DNA from: SAR86 cluster bacterium AG-422-O05
Lineage (GTDB): Bacteria; Pseudomonadota; Gammaproteobacteria; Magnimaribacterales; D2472
NCBI GenBank assembly: GCA_003213495.1
Contig: QCMW01000001.1
Coordinates: 1,045,296 to 1,109,295, forward strand
DNA length: 64,000 bases
Reading direction: 5' to 3'
Shown: positions 1 to 10,360 of the stretch, in pieces
How positions within the stretch are numbered: the stretch's first letter is position 1
Layout: each line of letters opens with the position of its first letter
Program-made: the position numbers and the translations under genes
The notes under the pieces: model-generated
Seen by the model: only the letters and a program-made list of their open reading frames with translations
Told to the model about the DNA's origin: nothing
Database searches by the model: none

Positions 1-602
1 AGTAAGTTTCCTCTTGATAGTGAAAAACTATCAATTAATTCATTCGATAATTGAGTTTTTACATCAAAAAGTCTTATAGACTCTATTTTTTCATTAAAAA
101 TTTCTATTCTTAGTGGATCTGCATATGTAGGAGAAAAAATATCTATAATGCCTCCACGCAGAGAATATTCATTTAAGTTTTCAACATTAGATTTTTTTTT
201 ATAATTTAATTCATCAACAATTTGAATTAATTGATTTAATGCAAGTTGTGATCCAATCTTATAAGTTTTAATAGAGTTAAATAAATCTTTTGAAGGGAAT
301 CTTTCAAATAGATTTTTAATTGAACTAACAACAATATTTTTACCTTCTATATTTGAATTAATAATTTGAAATCTTTTTTTTACTAATGACTCAGGAATTG
401 AAAAATGATCGTAGGGAAGCAGTTCATTATCAGGAAAATATTGTATTAAATCATTATCAATAAATAATTTAAGTTCATTAAATAGATATTTTGCTTCGTT
501 ATTATCTTTTGAAATTATGCATAAAGAATCATTCTGCTTTTCAAAGTATTCTTTAACTCTATATGAATAATTTCTATTATTATTATGATTTTTTTTGAGC
601 AT
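1..602 (-). CDS. mfd: Transcription-repair coupling factor Mfd, N-terminal ~200 aa (gene runs off the window start)
   Basis: Absent from the ORF track because it is truncated by the window edge. Hand translation of the reverse strand from the ATG at 602-600 stays open to base 1: MLKKNHNNNRNYSYRVKEYFEK...YFPDNELLPYDHFSIPESLVKKRFQIIN...YSLRGGIIDIFSPTYADPLRIEIFNEKIESIRLFDVKTQ. This matches the N-terminal UvrB-homology module of Mfd (E. coli ...DWETLPYDSFSPHQDIISSRL... and ...RGALLDLFPMGSELPYRLDFFDDEIDSLRVFDVDSQR). Confidence 0.85.
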   Translation of the reverse strand, partial: MLKKNHNNNRNYSYRVKEYFEKQNDSLCIISKDNNEAKYLFNELKLFIDNDLIQYFPDNELLPYDHFSIPESLVKKRFQIINSNIEGKNIVVSSIKNLFERFPSKDLFNSIKTYKIGSQLALNQLIQIVDELNYKKKSNVENLNEYSLRGGIIDIFSPTYADPLRIEIFNEKIESIRLFDVKTQLSNELIDSFSLSRGNL

Positions 603-661
603 GTAGTTGTGTATAATGAGTGCCATATTCTAACAATCAATTTAAATTTTTAAAGGAAAAA

Positions 662-1831
662 ATGGACATAAACTTTAGTAAAGAAGATATTGCTTTTAGA
701 CAAGAAGTCAAAGATTGGCTTGCAAATGATTATCCGAAGCATGTAAAAGAAAAAACTGACAATGGAATTGCTCTAACAAAGCAAGACATGATTGACTTTC
801 ATAAAGCTCTTTCAAAAAAGGGTTGGATGGGTTACAACTGGCCCGTAGAGTATGGTGGAACGGGTTGGTCATCAACGCAGTTATATATATTTAACAAAGA
901 ATTTGGACTAGCAGGTTGCCCACCTTTATTGGCATTTGGTGTAAGCATGGTTGCTCCCGTAATATGGACATTTGGTAATGATGAACAAAAGAATAGGTTT
1001 TTACCTGATATTCTTGAATTTAATACGTGGTGGTGCCAAGGATATTCTGAGCCAGGCTCAGGTTCGGATTTAGCATCGTTAAAAACAAAAGCAGTTCGTG
1101 ATGGTGATAACTATATTGTTAACGGTTCTAAAACATGGACAACTCTAGCTCAAAATGCTGACTGGATATTTTGTTTAGTTAGAACTGATAATAGCGGCAT
1201 TAAACAAGAAGGAATATCCTTTCTACTTATAGATATGAAAACGCCTGGTATCGAGGTTAAACCTATTATTACAATTGATGGCGAACATGAGGTTAACTCA
1301 GTTTTCTTTACAGACGTTAAAGTTCCTGTAGAAAATTTAGTTGGCGAAGAAGGTAAAGGCTGGACTTATGCAAAATTTTTACTTGCACATGAAAGATTTG
1401 GTATAGCCGGCCTTGGAGCATCATTAAGATCTTTGAATAGATTAAAAAATATTATTTCTAAACTAAATAATCCTGATTTAGAACGAAAGGCTAATGAATT
1501 AGAGGTTTCTTTATCAGCAATTGAAATTACTGAATTAAGATTATTATCAGCACTTGAAAATGGTGGTCATCCAGGAGCTGAATCTTCAATTTTAAAAATT
1601 AAAGGAACTGAAATGCAACAAAATTTATCTGAGTTATTTGTTGAGGCTGCCGGTGAGTATGCATTAATGTACCCTGGACCTCATGGTTATGGTAGCAACG
1701 ATAAACCATCAGGACCTGATTATGCCGCTGAAGGATTATCTAGTTTTCTTAACTTAAGAAAAACGTCAATTTACGGCGGAAGTAACGAAATTCAAAAAAA
1801 TATATTGGCTAAGTTTGTTTTAGGTGTTTAA
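662..1831 (+). CDS. Acyl-CoA dehydrogenase (LCAD/IVD-type catalytic base arrangement)
   Basis: ACAD fold motifs are present: GYSEPGSGSDLASLKTKA, NGSKTWTT, and C-terminal IYGGSNEIQKNILAK. HER-FGIAG places a Glu next to the conserved Arg, as in LCAD/IVD. The track ORF starts at GTG 620. ATG 662 (MDINFSKEDIAFRQEV), preceded by aaaggaaaaa, is the more likely start. Confidence 0.85.
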   Translation: MDINFSKEDIAFRQEVKDWLANDYPKHVKEKTDNGIALTKQDMIDFHKALSKKGWMGYNWPVEYGGTGWSSTQLYIFNKEFGLAGCPPLLAFGVSMVAPVIWTFGNDEQKNRFLPDILEFNTWWCQGYSEPGSGSDLASLKTKAVRDGDNYIVNGSKTWTTLAQNADWIFCLVRTDNSGIKQEGISFLLIDMKTPGIEVKPIITIDGEHEVNSVFFTDVKVPVENLVGEEGKGWTYAKFLLAHERFGIAGLGASLRSLNRLKNIISKLNNPDLERKANELEVSLSAIEITELRLLSALENGGHPGAESSILKIKGTEMQQNLSELFVEAAGEYALMYPGPHGYGSNDKPSGPDYAAEGLSSFLNLRKTSIYGGSNEIQKNILAKFVLGV

Positions 1832-1833
1832 GT

Positions 1834-2928
1834 ATGAATCTTGATTACAACGAAGAACAAATCATGCTTCGTGAACAAATCCAAAAGTTTTGTGAATCAG
1901 AATATGATTTTTATAAACGAGAAGAAGTTATAAAATCTGATAAACATTTTGATGTTGAGGTTTGGAAATTATTTGCTGATCAAGGTTGGTTATCAATGCC
2001 ATTTAGTGAAGAATCAGGCGGGCTTGGATTTGGACCAATCGAATTGTCAATTTTATTTGAAGAATTTGGTAAAGCACTTGTTATCGAGCCTTATCTGGCA
2101 ACTGTTGTACTTTCAGGTACTTTGCTTGATAAATCAACATATGCTGAGAAAATTGATTTAATTGATAAAATATCTTCTGGTGATATGCATATATCTCTTG
2201 GTTATGCTGAAGCCGATAAGGGATATGATTATTTATCACCATCAACATCACTAGATTCAGACAATATTTTAAATGGTACAAAAACACTCGTTCTTAATGG
2301 CTCCAATGCAAAAAAGTTAATAATTTCCTGTATGAAAAATAATGAATTTAATTTAATTATTCTTGATTCAGATACCGATGGCGTATCAATTAATTCTTTT
2401 TTAACCGTTGATGGACAATCATGCTCTGAGATCTCCTTTGAAAATGTAGTTGTAAATGATGTAAATATTGTTGCATCTGGTGATGAAGCAATCAATTTAC
2501 TCAACGAAACAATCAATCTTGCAGTGTTATGTGTAAGTGCTGAAGCAGTTGGTTGTATGGAATCATGTTATTTTAAAACTTTAGAATACACTAAAGGAAG
2601 AGAACAATTTGGACAACCAATTTCTAACTTTCAGGTGCTTCAACATAGAATGGTAGATATGTTCATAGAATCTGAATTAGCTAAATCTTTATTAATCAAA
2701 GCTATGCTTGAAGTTAATGATAATTCTGAAGACATGTATAGACATGTTTCTGCATTAAAATCTTATATTGGTAAATCAGGAAAACTATCCGCTAAAGAAG
2801 CTGTTCAATTGCATGGCGGTATGGGTGTTAGTGAGGAAATGATGATAGGCCACTATCTCAAAAAAATGATTTCAATAGATGCGCTTTTTGGAAATGCAGA
2901 TTATCATCTTAAAAAATTTGCTAGCTAA
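1834..2928 (+). CDS. Acyl-CoA dehydrogenase-fold protein, shorter paralogue, apparently without a catalytic Glu
   Basis: The ACAD C-terminal pattern is present (REQFGQPISNFQVLQHRMVDM, LHGGMGVSEEMMIGHYLKKM). It starts 2 nt after the upstream ACAD stop. See the finding for the missing base residues. Confidence 0.75.
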   Translation: MNLDYNEEQIMLREQIQKFCESEYDFYKREEVIKSDKHFDVEVWKLFADQGWLSMPFSEESGGLGFGPIELSILFEEFGKALVIEPYLATVVLSGTLLDKSTYAEKIDLIDKISSGDMHISLGYAEADKGYDYLSPSTSLDSDNILNGTKTLVLNGSNAKKLIISCMKNNEFNLIILDSDTDGVSINSFLTVDGQSCSEISFENVVVNDVNIVASGDEAINLLNETINLAVLCVSAEAVGCMESCYFKTLEYTKGREQFGQPISNFQVLQHRMVDMFIESELAKSLLIKAMLEVNDNSEDMYRHVSALKSYIGKSGKLSAKEAVQLHGGMGVSEEMMIGHYLKKMISIDALFGNADYHLKKFAS

Positions 2929-2965
2929 TTATATTGATTAAATAAAAAACATTTATAATCAGATT

Positions 2966-4474
2966 ATGGGGGATAAGAGGGATATAAATTTCCAATCAAC
3001 TGAAAGGCAAAAAAGAATTTTGCCTGAAGATTCTTTTGGTGATTGGAAATGGAGAGAAGCATTAGCTGAACTGATGGTACCGTTGATTGGCTCTCTTTAC
3101 AGAAAAGGTATAAATATAATGATTTACGGTAAGTCATTGGTAAATGAGTCACCAGTTGCAATTATGAAAGCACATAGGTTTGCAAGACAGACTGATAATA
3201 ATGAATTAAGCGAACTTGAAACATATCCCATTCTTCAACATATAAGTACATTACATCTTCAGGATTGTGAAATAGATATAGGAGAAATTGCTGTAAGATG
3301 TCCTTTTTTTGTTGATATTAAAGACGATTCATCAAAGATTCCTGATTATATCAATTCAGAGCTCGAATCAGTAATAAATATAGATTCTAAAAGGCCTGAA
3401 GTTCCTGCAAATATTGTTTTATATGGGTTTGGAAGAATTGGCAGACTTGTAGCAAGAATGATGACTCAAACAACTGGTCCTGGAAATTATTTTAGATTAA
3501 AAGCTATTGTCATTAGAAAGGCAGCTGATGATGATATCTTCAAAAGAGCTAGTTTATTAACAAGAGATTCTGTTCATGGTCCATTTGACGGAACTGTAAG
3601 GGTTGATGAAGAAAATTCAACACTTGTAATTAATGGCAATCCAGTAAAAGTAATATATGCAACAAATCCAGATGAGGTTAATTATGCAGATTATGAAATA
3701 CACAATCCTATAGTTATTGATAATACTGGTGTTTGGAGAGACGAAAAAAGCTTATCAAAACATATTGAATCAGGAGCATCCAAAGTAATTCTCACAGCAC
3801 CAGCTAAAGGTGATCTAAAAAATATAGTTTATGGAGTAAATGATGACATTCTTGATGATAACGATTCAATAATATCAGCAGCATCATGTACAACAAATGC
3901 AATAGTTCCTATTTTAAAAGCTGTCAATGATGAGTATAGAATCAAAGGTGGTCATATTGAAACTGTTCATGCATATACAAATGATCAAAATCTAATAGAT
4001 AATTTTCATAAAGGTGATAGAAGAGGTCGCGGCGCACCCTTGAATATGGTTATTACAACAACAGGTGCTGTCAAAGCGGTTGCAAAAGCGTTACCTGAAT
4101 TAGAAGGAAAGCTAACAGGAAACGCTATAAGAGTTCCAACTCCAAATGTAAGTTTAGCAATACTATCATTAGCGCTTGATAATGAAGTAACAGTTGAGCA
4201 AATTAATCATTATTTAAAGTCTATTGCTTTCCATTCAAAATATAGAGAAATAATTGGTTTTGTTAACTCATCTGAAATTGTATCTACAGATTTTTATTCT
4301 AGTCCATTTGCTTCAGTCATTGATTCTCAAGCAACGATTGCTAGTAAAAATAGAGTTACTTTGTATTGTTGGTACGATAACGAATATGGATACTCTAAAC
4401 AGGTTATTGGTCTTACAAAAAAAGTAGCAAAAATTGAACTCCCAAGATTACCAAATCCAGTCAATAAAGCCTAG
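2966..4474 (+). CDS. gap: Glyceraldehyde-3-phosphate dehydrogenase, long form with ~148-aa N-terminal extension
   Basis: Rossmann motif NIVLYGFGRIGR; catalytic SCTTNA; C-terminal WYDNEYGYS. The N-terminal segment W-REALAELMVPLIGSLYRKG...IMKAHRFAR resembles the ~480-aa Pseudomonas-type Gap that lies beside mfd and nqrA. Confidence 0.9.
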   Translation: MGDKRDINFQSTERQKRILPEDSFGDWKWREALAELMVPLIGSLYRKGINIMIYGKSLVNESPVAIMKAHRFARQTDNNELSELETYPILQHISTLHLQDCEIDIGEIAVRCPFFVDIKDDSSKIPDYINSELESVINIDSKRPEVPANIVLYGFGRIGRLVARMMTQTTGPGNYFRLKAIVIRKAADDDIFKRASLLTRDSVHGPFDGTVRVDEENSTLVINGNPVKVIYATNPDEVNYADYEIHNPIVIDNTGVWRDEKSLSKHIESGASKVILTAPAKGDLKNIVYGVNDDILDDNDSIISAASCTTNAIVPILKAVNDEYRIKGGHIETVHAYTNDQNLIDNFHKGDRRGRGAPLNMVITTTGAVKAVAKALPELEGKLTGNAIRVPTPNVSLAILSLALDNEVTVEQINHYLKSIAFHSKYREIIGFVNSSEIVSTDFYSSPFASVIDSQATIASKNRVTLYCWYDNEYGYSKQVIGLTKKVAKIELPRLPNPVNKA

Positions 4475-4544
4475 AATCAGACACATTTTAGCCTTATAAT
4501 TCTATTGTTTTTATAGTTTCAATATTAACTAAGGCACACTTATT

Positions 4545-5861
4545 GTGATTAAAATATCAAAAGGTCTTGATTTGCCCATATCAGGCAAACCTTCCATGTT
4601 AATTACAGATGAACCAAATATTTCATCTGTTTCTTTATTGGGCAATGATTTTGTTGGTATGAAACCTACAATGCTTGTTAAAGAAAATGAAAGTGTTAAG
4701 GCCGGCCAAAAATTATTTGAAGATAAAAAAAATCTTGGTGTTTTTTTTACAGCTCCAGCTGGGGGTATTGTTAAATCAATAAATAGAGGCGATAAAAGAA
4801 AATTTTTATCTATTGAGATCGAAATTTCTAACAAAGAAGACTTTATTGAATTTAATATTGGCTCTTCTGCTGAAGAAATTAAAAATACTATAGTTGAATC
4901 AGGTCTTTGGAACTGCTTTAAAACTAGACCATTTATTAGGACTCCTAATATAAATACTATGCCAGAAGCTTTGTTTATAAATTGTTGTGATACTAATCCT
5001 TTATCAGTAGATCCTTTTGAAATAATTAATTTTGATAAAGTTTATTTTGATGAGGGTATCAGCTTGTTAAAAACTTTATTTGATTGCGATATCCATATTA
5101 CATATCAAAATAATAAATTTGATAAATCTCTTAAAGGAATAAATTATCATCAATTTGTTGGGCCTCATCCTGCTGGTCTTGTTGGAACTCATATTTCTAA
5201 AATACATCCAGTTAATATAAATTCAAATGTTTGGACATTAGATTTTCAAGATATTATCTCGATGGGATATCTTAAAATAAATAAAAAAATTAGAACCCAT
5301 AAAATTATCAGTATTGGTGGTCCTGCGGTTTTTGAGCCATCTCTTTTAAAAGTTAGATATGGATCCAATATAGATGAAATTACAGCTGGGAAAATTGAAG
5401 ATAATGCTAGAGTTATTTCAGGATCAGTACTTCATGGTCATGAATCAGAAGGGGTTATGAATTATTTAGGATTTTATGATTCACAAGTTTCTGTTATTCC
5501 TGATGAAGTTAACGAAATTTTTTTAAATTGGTTGATGCCAGGATCTTCATTACATTCGAAGCTCAATGTATTTATATCTTCATTTATAAAACCTAAAAAA
5601 TATATATTTAACACCTCAATTAGTGGAGGAAACAGAGCTATTGTTCCAATATCATCCTACGAAGAAGTTGTTCCAATGAACATACTTGTTACGCAGTTAT
5701 TAAAATCATTAGTTGTAGCTGATATTGAAATGGCAATTGATTTAGGAATGCTAGAGCTAGCACCTGAAGATCTATCTTTATGTTCTTATGTATGCCCCAG
5801 CAAATATGATTATTCTTCAATACTTATGGATAATTTAAATAAACTTTATTTAGAGCAATGA
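4545..5861 (+). CDS. nqrA: Na+-translocating NADH:quinone oxidoreductase subunit A
   Basis: GTG start; N-terminus MIKISKGLDLPISGKP is typical of NqrA. It is the first gene of a contiguous nqrABCDEF array. Confidence 0.92.
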   Translation: MIKISKGLDLPISGKPSMLITDEPNISSVSLLGNDFVGMKPTMLVKENESVKAGQKLFEDKKNLGVFFTAPAGGIVKSINRGDKRKFLSIEIEISNKEDFIEFNIGSSAEEIKNTIVESGLWNCFKTRPFIRTPNINTMPEALFINCCDTNPLSVDPFEIINFDKVYFDEGISLLKTLFDCDIHITYQNNKFDKSLKGINYHQFVGPHPAGLVGTHISKIHPVNINSNVWTLDFQDIISMGYLKINKKIRTHKIISIGGPAVFEPSLLKVRYGSNIDEITAGKIEDNARVISGSVLHGHESEGVMNYLGFYDSQVSVIPDEVNEIFLNWLMPGSSLHSKLNVFISSFIKPKKYIFNTSISGGNRAIVPISSYEEVVPMNILVTQLLKSLVVADIEMAIDLGMLELAPEDLSLCSYVCPSKYDYSSILMDNLNKLYLEQ

Positions 5862-7087
5862 AAGGTCTAAGAAACTACTTTAATAATATAAAACCAAATT
5901 TTATCAATGATGGTAAATACAATAAATGGTTTCCATTATTTGATGCCTTAGAAAACTTATTCTTTTCCTATGGTAAAAAAACTAAAAACCCCATTCATGT
6001 AAGGGATGCTGTAGATATTCAAAAAGTTATGGTTACAGTTTGGTTAGCAACATTCCCAGCAATGTTTTTTGGTATGTATAATTTAGGTTCTCACTCTTTA
6101 GAATATTTAGATTCAATAAACCAACAAAACACTGGAGATTGGCATCATTATTTTGTAAGTATAGTTGGTTATGACTCTAATAGCTTTTTTAGTAAATTAT
6201 GGTTTGGTGCCTGTTATTTTTTACCTATATATTTTGTAGTCTTCTCAGTTGGAATTGCATGGGAAGCATTATTTGCGATTGTAAGAAAGCATGAAATTAA
6301 TGAAGGTGCCTTTGTATCTACTGTACTTTTTGCTTTAAGTTGCCCTCCTGATATACCACTGTGGCAAGCAGCTATGGGGATTTCTTTTGGTTTAGTAATT
6401 GGTAAAGAAATATTTGGTGGTACTGGCAAGAACTTTTTAAACCCAGCTTTAACTGGTAGAGCTTTCTTATATTTTGCATATCCGGCACAAATATCTGGTG
6501 ATAAAGTATGGATTGCCGGTATATCTGATTACAACATAATTCCAGAAGGATATACAGGTGCTACAGCTTTAGGAATGGCCGCAGAGAATGGTCTACCTGG
6601 TATAACAAATTCATTCACTTGGATGGATGCATTTCTTGGTAACATTCCAGGATCAGTGGGTGAAACATCAATAATCGCAATTTTAATTGGTTTAATTATT
6701 TTACTTGCAACAAAAGTTGCATCATACAGAATTATTCTTGGTACTTTTGTAGGAATGATATTAATGTCGTCTTTATTAAATCTTGTTGGATCAGATTCTA
6801 ATCCAATGTTCTATATTCCATGGTATTGGCATGCAGTCATAGGAAGCTTTGCTTTTGGTCTTGTATTTATGGCCACCGAACCAGTATCAGGCTCAGGAAC
6901 TAACACAGGAAGATGGATCTATGGAATGGTTATTGGAGTCACTGTAATACTTATAAGAGTTATAAATCCAGCATTCCCAGAGGGCATGATGTTAGCTATA
7001 CTATTTGCGAATCTCTTAGCTCCAGTTATTGATCATATGGTTGTTATGACAAATATTAAAAAACGTAAGGCTCTTTTCAATGAATGA
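5858..7087 (+). CDS. nqrB: Na+-NQR subunit B
   Basis: Polytopic membrane protein. It carries a flavinylation-type motif, PEGYTGATALG (D/E-x-x-[ST]-G-A-T). It overlaps the nqrA stop by 4 nt. Confidence 0.92.
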   Translation: MKGLRNYFNNIKPNFINDGKYNKWFPLFDALENLFFSYGKKTKNPIHVRDAVDIQKVMVTVWLATFPAMFFGMYNLGSHSLEYLDSINQQNTGDWHHYFVSIVGYDSNSFFSKLWFGACYFLPIYFVVFSVGIAWEALFAIVRKHEINEGAFVSTVLFALSCPPDIPLWQAAMGISFGLVIGKEIFGGTGKNFLNPALTGRAFLYFAYPAQISGDKVWIAGISDYNIIPEGYTGATALGMAAENGLPGITNSFTWMDAFLGNIPGSVGETSIIAILIGLIILLATKVASYRIILGTFVGMILMSSLLNLVGSDSNPMFYIPWYWHAVIGSFAFGLVFMATEPVSGSGTNTGRWIYGMVIGVTVILIRVINPAFPEGMMLAILFANLLAPVIDHMVVMTNIKKRKALFNE

Positions 7088-7856
7088 GTCAGTAATTAAA
7101 ACGATAGGTGTTGCATTTGCTGTTTGCCTTATATGCTCACTAATAGTATCGTTATCTGCTGTAAGTTTAAGAGAGCAGCAAAAAGAAAATAAACTTAATG
7201 ATAGAAGAGTAAAAATTCTTGAGGTTGCAGATATAAAAATAGAACCTGATCAAACTATTGCTGAGGCATTTACGAAGCTTGAACAAAAGTTTATTGACTT
7301 TAACACTGGCAAATTAATGGATGAATATAAAAATTTTAATATAGATGAATATGATCAATTAATCTCCTTAAAAGATTCTACATTATCGTCACCTGTTCCC
7401 AAATCTGAAGATATAGCAATTATTAAAAACAGAGAAAACGTAGGAAAGATATTTATCCTGCGAGATGATGATGACAATATTGATAAGTTAATTTTACCCA
7501 TTAGAGGATATGGTTTATGGGGAACTTTGTTTGGATATATAGCTTTAGAGGGTGATTTTAATACAGTATCGGGTATAACATATTATGAACACAAAGAAAC
7601 ACCAGGTTTAGGTGCTGAAGTAGATAATGTAGATTGGAAAAAATCTTGGATTGGAAAAAAAATATATCAGGATAATCAAGTAGCCTTAACTGTAATAAAG
7701 GGAAAAGTAGCCAATGATGATCCATCTAAATTATATAAAGTAGATGGTCTTTCTGGCGCTACTATAACCGGTAGAGGCGTATCTAATATGATCAACTATT
7801 GGTTTGGTAATTCAGGATATGCAAAATTATTTGAGGAGCTTGATTATGAATCTTAA
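7080..7856 (+). CDS. nqrC: Na+-NQR subunit C
   Basis: Single N-terminal TM segment and the FMN-attachment motif [14 protein letters not shown]. Confidence 0.92.
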   Translation: MNESVIKTIGVAFAVCLICSLIVSLSAVSLREQQKENKLNDRRVKILEVADIKIEPDQTIAEAFTKLEQKFIDFNTGKLMDEYKNFNIDEYDQLISLKDSTLSSPVPKSEDIAIIKNRENVGKIFILRDDDDNIDKLILPIRGYGLWGTLFGYIALEGDFNTVSGITYYEHKETPGLGAEVDNVDWKKSWIGKKIYQDNQVALTVIKGKVANDDPSKLYKVDGLSGATITGRGVSNMINYWFGNSGYAKLFEELDYES

Positions 7857-8517
7857 AAGATATCAAGAAGTCATTTTAAAGCCTCTTATTGATGAGAATC
7901 CAATTACACTTCAAATACTTGGTATTTGCTCTGCCTTAGCAGTCACTAATAATTTAAGCGTAACATTAGTAATGTGTATTGCAGTCATAAGTGTAATTTC
8001 ATTTTCAAATTTATTTATATCACTTATTAGAAACTATATTCCTTCAAGTATAAGAATAATAGTACAAATGACTATCATTGCATCTCTTGTAATTGTCGTT
8101 GATGAATTATTAAAAGCCTATGATTATGAAACGAGTAAAAGATTGTCAGTATTTGTAGGATTAATAATTACTAATTGCATTGTTATGGGAAGAGCAGAAG
8201 CTTTTGCTATGAAAGAAAAACCATTGTTAAGTTTCTTAGATGGACTTGGAAATGGCATAGGTTACAGCATAATTTTAATTGGTGTTGCGTTTATAAGAGA
8301 ACTTTTTGGAGCTGGAACATTATTTGGTATTGACATAATGCCTGAGTGGTACATGAGTAATAATTTATTATTGCTTCCTCCAAGTTCGTTTATTATTATT
8401 GGTCTTTTTATTTGGCTCATTAGATCATTTAAGCCCACTCAAGTTGAAGAGGATGATTTTGAAGTTTCTTCTCATTCAACAGCTCCAAATTTAACAAAAC
8501 AAGATTTAAATGTTTGA
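7846..8517 (+). CDS. nqrD: Na+-NQR subunit D
   Basis: The sequence [21 protein letters not shown] is typical of NqrD/RnfE. The track ORF begins at 7804 inside nqrC. ATG 7846 (MNLKRYQEV) overlaps the nqrC end and is the likely start. Confidence 0.9.
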   Translation: MNLKRYQEVILKPLIDENPITLQILGICSALAVTNNLSVTLVMCIAVISVISFSNLFISLIRNYIPSSIRIIVQMTIIASLVIVVDELLKAYDYETSKRLSVFVGLIITNCIVMGRAEAFAMKEKPLLSFLDGLGNGIGYSIILIGVAFIRELFGAGTLFGIDIMPEWYMSNNLLLLPPSSFIIIGLFIWLIRSFKPTQVEEDDFEVSSHSTAPNLTKQDLNV

Positions 8518-9121
8518 ACAATATCTAAATATTTTTATAACAACAGTATTTATTGAAAATATTGCTTTGTCATTATTTTTAGGTATGTGTACATTCATTG
8601 CTATCTCAAAAAAAATTGATGCTGCATTTGGTTTAGGTGTAGCAGTTATTGTTGTATGTTTGATAACCGTCCCTTTAAATAATCTAATTTATAACTATAT
8701 ATTAAGAGAAGATGCTCTTTCTTGGGCAGGACTTGAAGGAACTAATTTAGAGTTTGTTGAACTAATAAGTTACATAGGTGTTATAGCTGCAAGTGTGCAA
8801 ATACTAGAAATGTTTTTAGATAAGTATGTACCTGCTTTATATAATGCTTTAGGACAATTTTTGCCCTTGATAACTGTTAATTGTGCAATTTTAGGTGCTT
8901 CTTTGTTTATGGTTGAAAAGGATCTTATGTTTGGTGAAAGTGTTGTTTATGGTTTTGGTGCTGGTTTTGGTTGGGCTCTTGCAATAGTTGTGTTAGCTGG
9001 TATAAGAGAAAAATTAAAATACTCTGATATACCAGAAGGACTAAAAGGTTTGGGTACAACCTTTATTATTGTTGGATTAATGAGTTTTGGCTTTATGTCA
9101 TTTGGAGGAATATCACTATAA
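8510..9121 (+). CDS. nqrE: Na+-NQR subunit E
   Basis: N-terminus ...[23 protein letters not shown] matches the NqrE/RnfA signature. Confidence 0.92.
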   Translation: MFEQYLNIFITTVFIENIALSLFLGMCTFIAISKKIDAAFGLGVAVIVVCLITVPLNNLIYNYILREDALSWAGLEGTNLEFVELISYIGVIAASVQILEMFLDKYVPALYNALGQFLPLITVNCAILGASLFMVEKDLMFGESVVYGFGAGFGWALAIVVLAGIREKLKYSDIPEGLKGLGTTFIIVGLMSFGFMSFGGISL

Positions 9122-9122
9122 A

Positions 9123-10349
9123 ATGAGTATTGATTTAATTCTTGGTGTTGCTTCGTTTAGTGGAATAATATTACTTTTAGTTTTGGTCATAGTTCTTGCA
9201 CGATCAAAGTTAGTTTCTACAGGTAATGTAACAATTGAAATTAATGGAGATAGTGATAATCCAATCACTGTTCCCGCTGGTTCAAAACTATTACAAACTC
9301 TGGCAGATAATAATATCTTTTTAGCTTCTGCTTGTGGTGGTGGTGGAACATGTAGTCAATGTAAGTGCCAAGTTGTAGAAGGTGGAGGCTCAATATTAGC
9401 AGCAGAAGAATCACACTTTAATTCTACTGAACAAAAGCAAGGATGGAGACTTTCCTGTCAAGTTCCTGTGAAAAACGATTTAAAAATTAACGTTCCTGAT
9501 GATGTATTTGGTGTTAAAGAGTGGGAATGTGAAGTTATCTCTAATGATAATGTTGCAACATTCATTAAAGAACTAGTTTTAAAGCTTCCTGAGGGTGAAA
9601 ATGTTGACTTTAGGGCAGGTGGTTATGTTCAATTAGAGGCGCCAGCATATGAAATTGATTATAAAGATTTTGACATAGATAATGAATATCATGAAGATTG
9701 GGATAGATTTAAAATTTGGGATAATAAGTCAATTTCTTCTGAACCTGTAATAAGAGCTTATTCAATGGCAAATTACCCTGAAGAAAAAGGGATTATTAAA
9801 TTTAATATTAGAATTGCTTCTCCACCTCCAGGACAAGATGTCCCTCCGGGGTTAATGTCATCTTGGACTTTTGGTCTTAAACCAGGCGATAAAGTTAAAG
9901 TTTTTGGACCTTTTGGTGAATTTTTTGCAAAAGAAACTAAAGCTGAAATGGTTTTTGTGGGTGGTGGTGCAGGTATGGCCCCAATGCGTTCCCATATTTT
10001 TGATCAATTGCTAAGAATAAATACAGATAGAAAAATTACCTTTTGGTATGGTGCCAGGAGTTTAAAAGAAATGTTTTACGTAGATGACTTCAATAAGTTG
10101 GCTGAAAAATATGATAACTTTGAATGGCATGTCGCTCTTTCAGATCCCTTACCAGAGGATGATTGGGATGGTGATACAGGATTTATTCATAATGTCTTAT
10201 ATGAAAATTATTTAAAATCACATGAAGCACCTGAAGATTGTGAATATTATATGTGTGGACCTCCCATGATGAATAAAGCAGTAATTGATATGTTATTAAA
10301 TTTAGGTGTAGAACCAGAAAATATTGCTCTTGATGACTTTGGTGGATAG
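9123..10349 (+). CDS. nqrF: Na+-NQR subunit F (2Fe-2S ferredoxin plus FAD/NADH domain)
   Basis: N-terminal TM segment; 2Fe-2S cysteines [12 protein letters not shown]...C; [12 protein letters not shown] motif; [15 protein letters not shown] motif. The likely start is ATG 9123 (MSIDLILG) rather than the track start at 9087 inside nqrE. Confidence 0.93.
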   Translation: MSIDLILGVASFSGIILLLVLVIVLARSKLVSTGNVTIEINGDSDNPITVPAGSKLLQTLADNNIFLASACGGGGTCSQCKCQVVEGGGSILAAEESHFNSTEQKQGWRLSCQVPVKNDLKINVPDDVFGVKEWECEVISNDNVATFIKELVLKLPEGENVDFRAGGYVQLEAPAYEIDYKDFDIDNEYHEDWDRFKIWDNKSISSEPVIRAYSMANYPEEKGIIKFNIRIASPPPGQDVPPGLMSSWTFGLKPGDKVKVFGPFGEFFAKETKAEMVFVGGGAGMAPMRSHIFDQLLRINTDRKITFWYGARSLKEMFYVDDFNKLAEKYDNFEWHVALSDPLPEDDWDGDTGFIHNVLYENYLKSHEAPEDCEYYMCGPPMMNKAVIDMLLNLGVEPENIALDDFGG

Positions 10350-10360
10350 TCAAAATTATA

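Noticed and set aside
620-661. The ORF track gives upstream-extended start codons at 620, 7804, 9087, 14906, 18721, 26726, 29622, 38064, 39387 and 40917.
   Set aside because: In each case the extension begins at GTG or TTG, or inside the preceding gene. It adds residues that do not match the family N-terminus. A downstream ATG with a better ribosome-binding site or a canonical N-terminal sequence was preferred. The start positions remain predictions.
6540-6580. NqrB carries TGAT rather than the more familiar SGAT flavinylation motif.
   Set aside because: The ApbE recognition motif tolerates Ser or Thr at that position (D-x-x-[ST]-G-A-T), so this is a normal variant and not a sign of lost FMN attachment.
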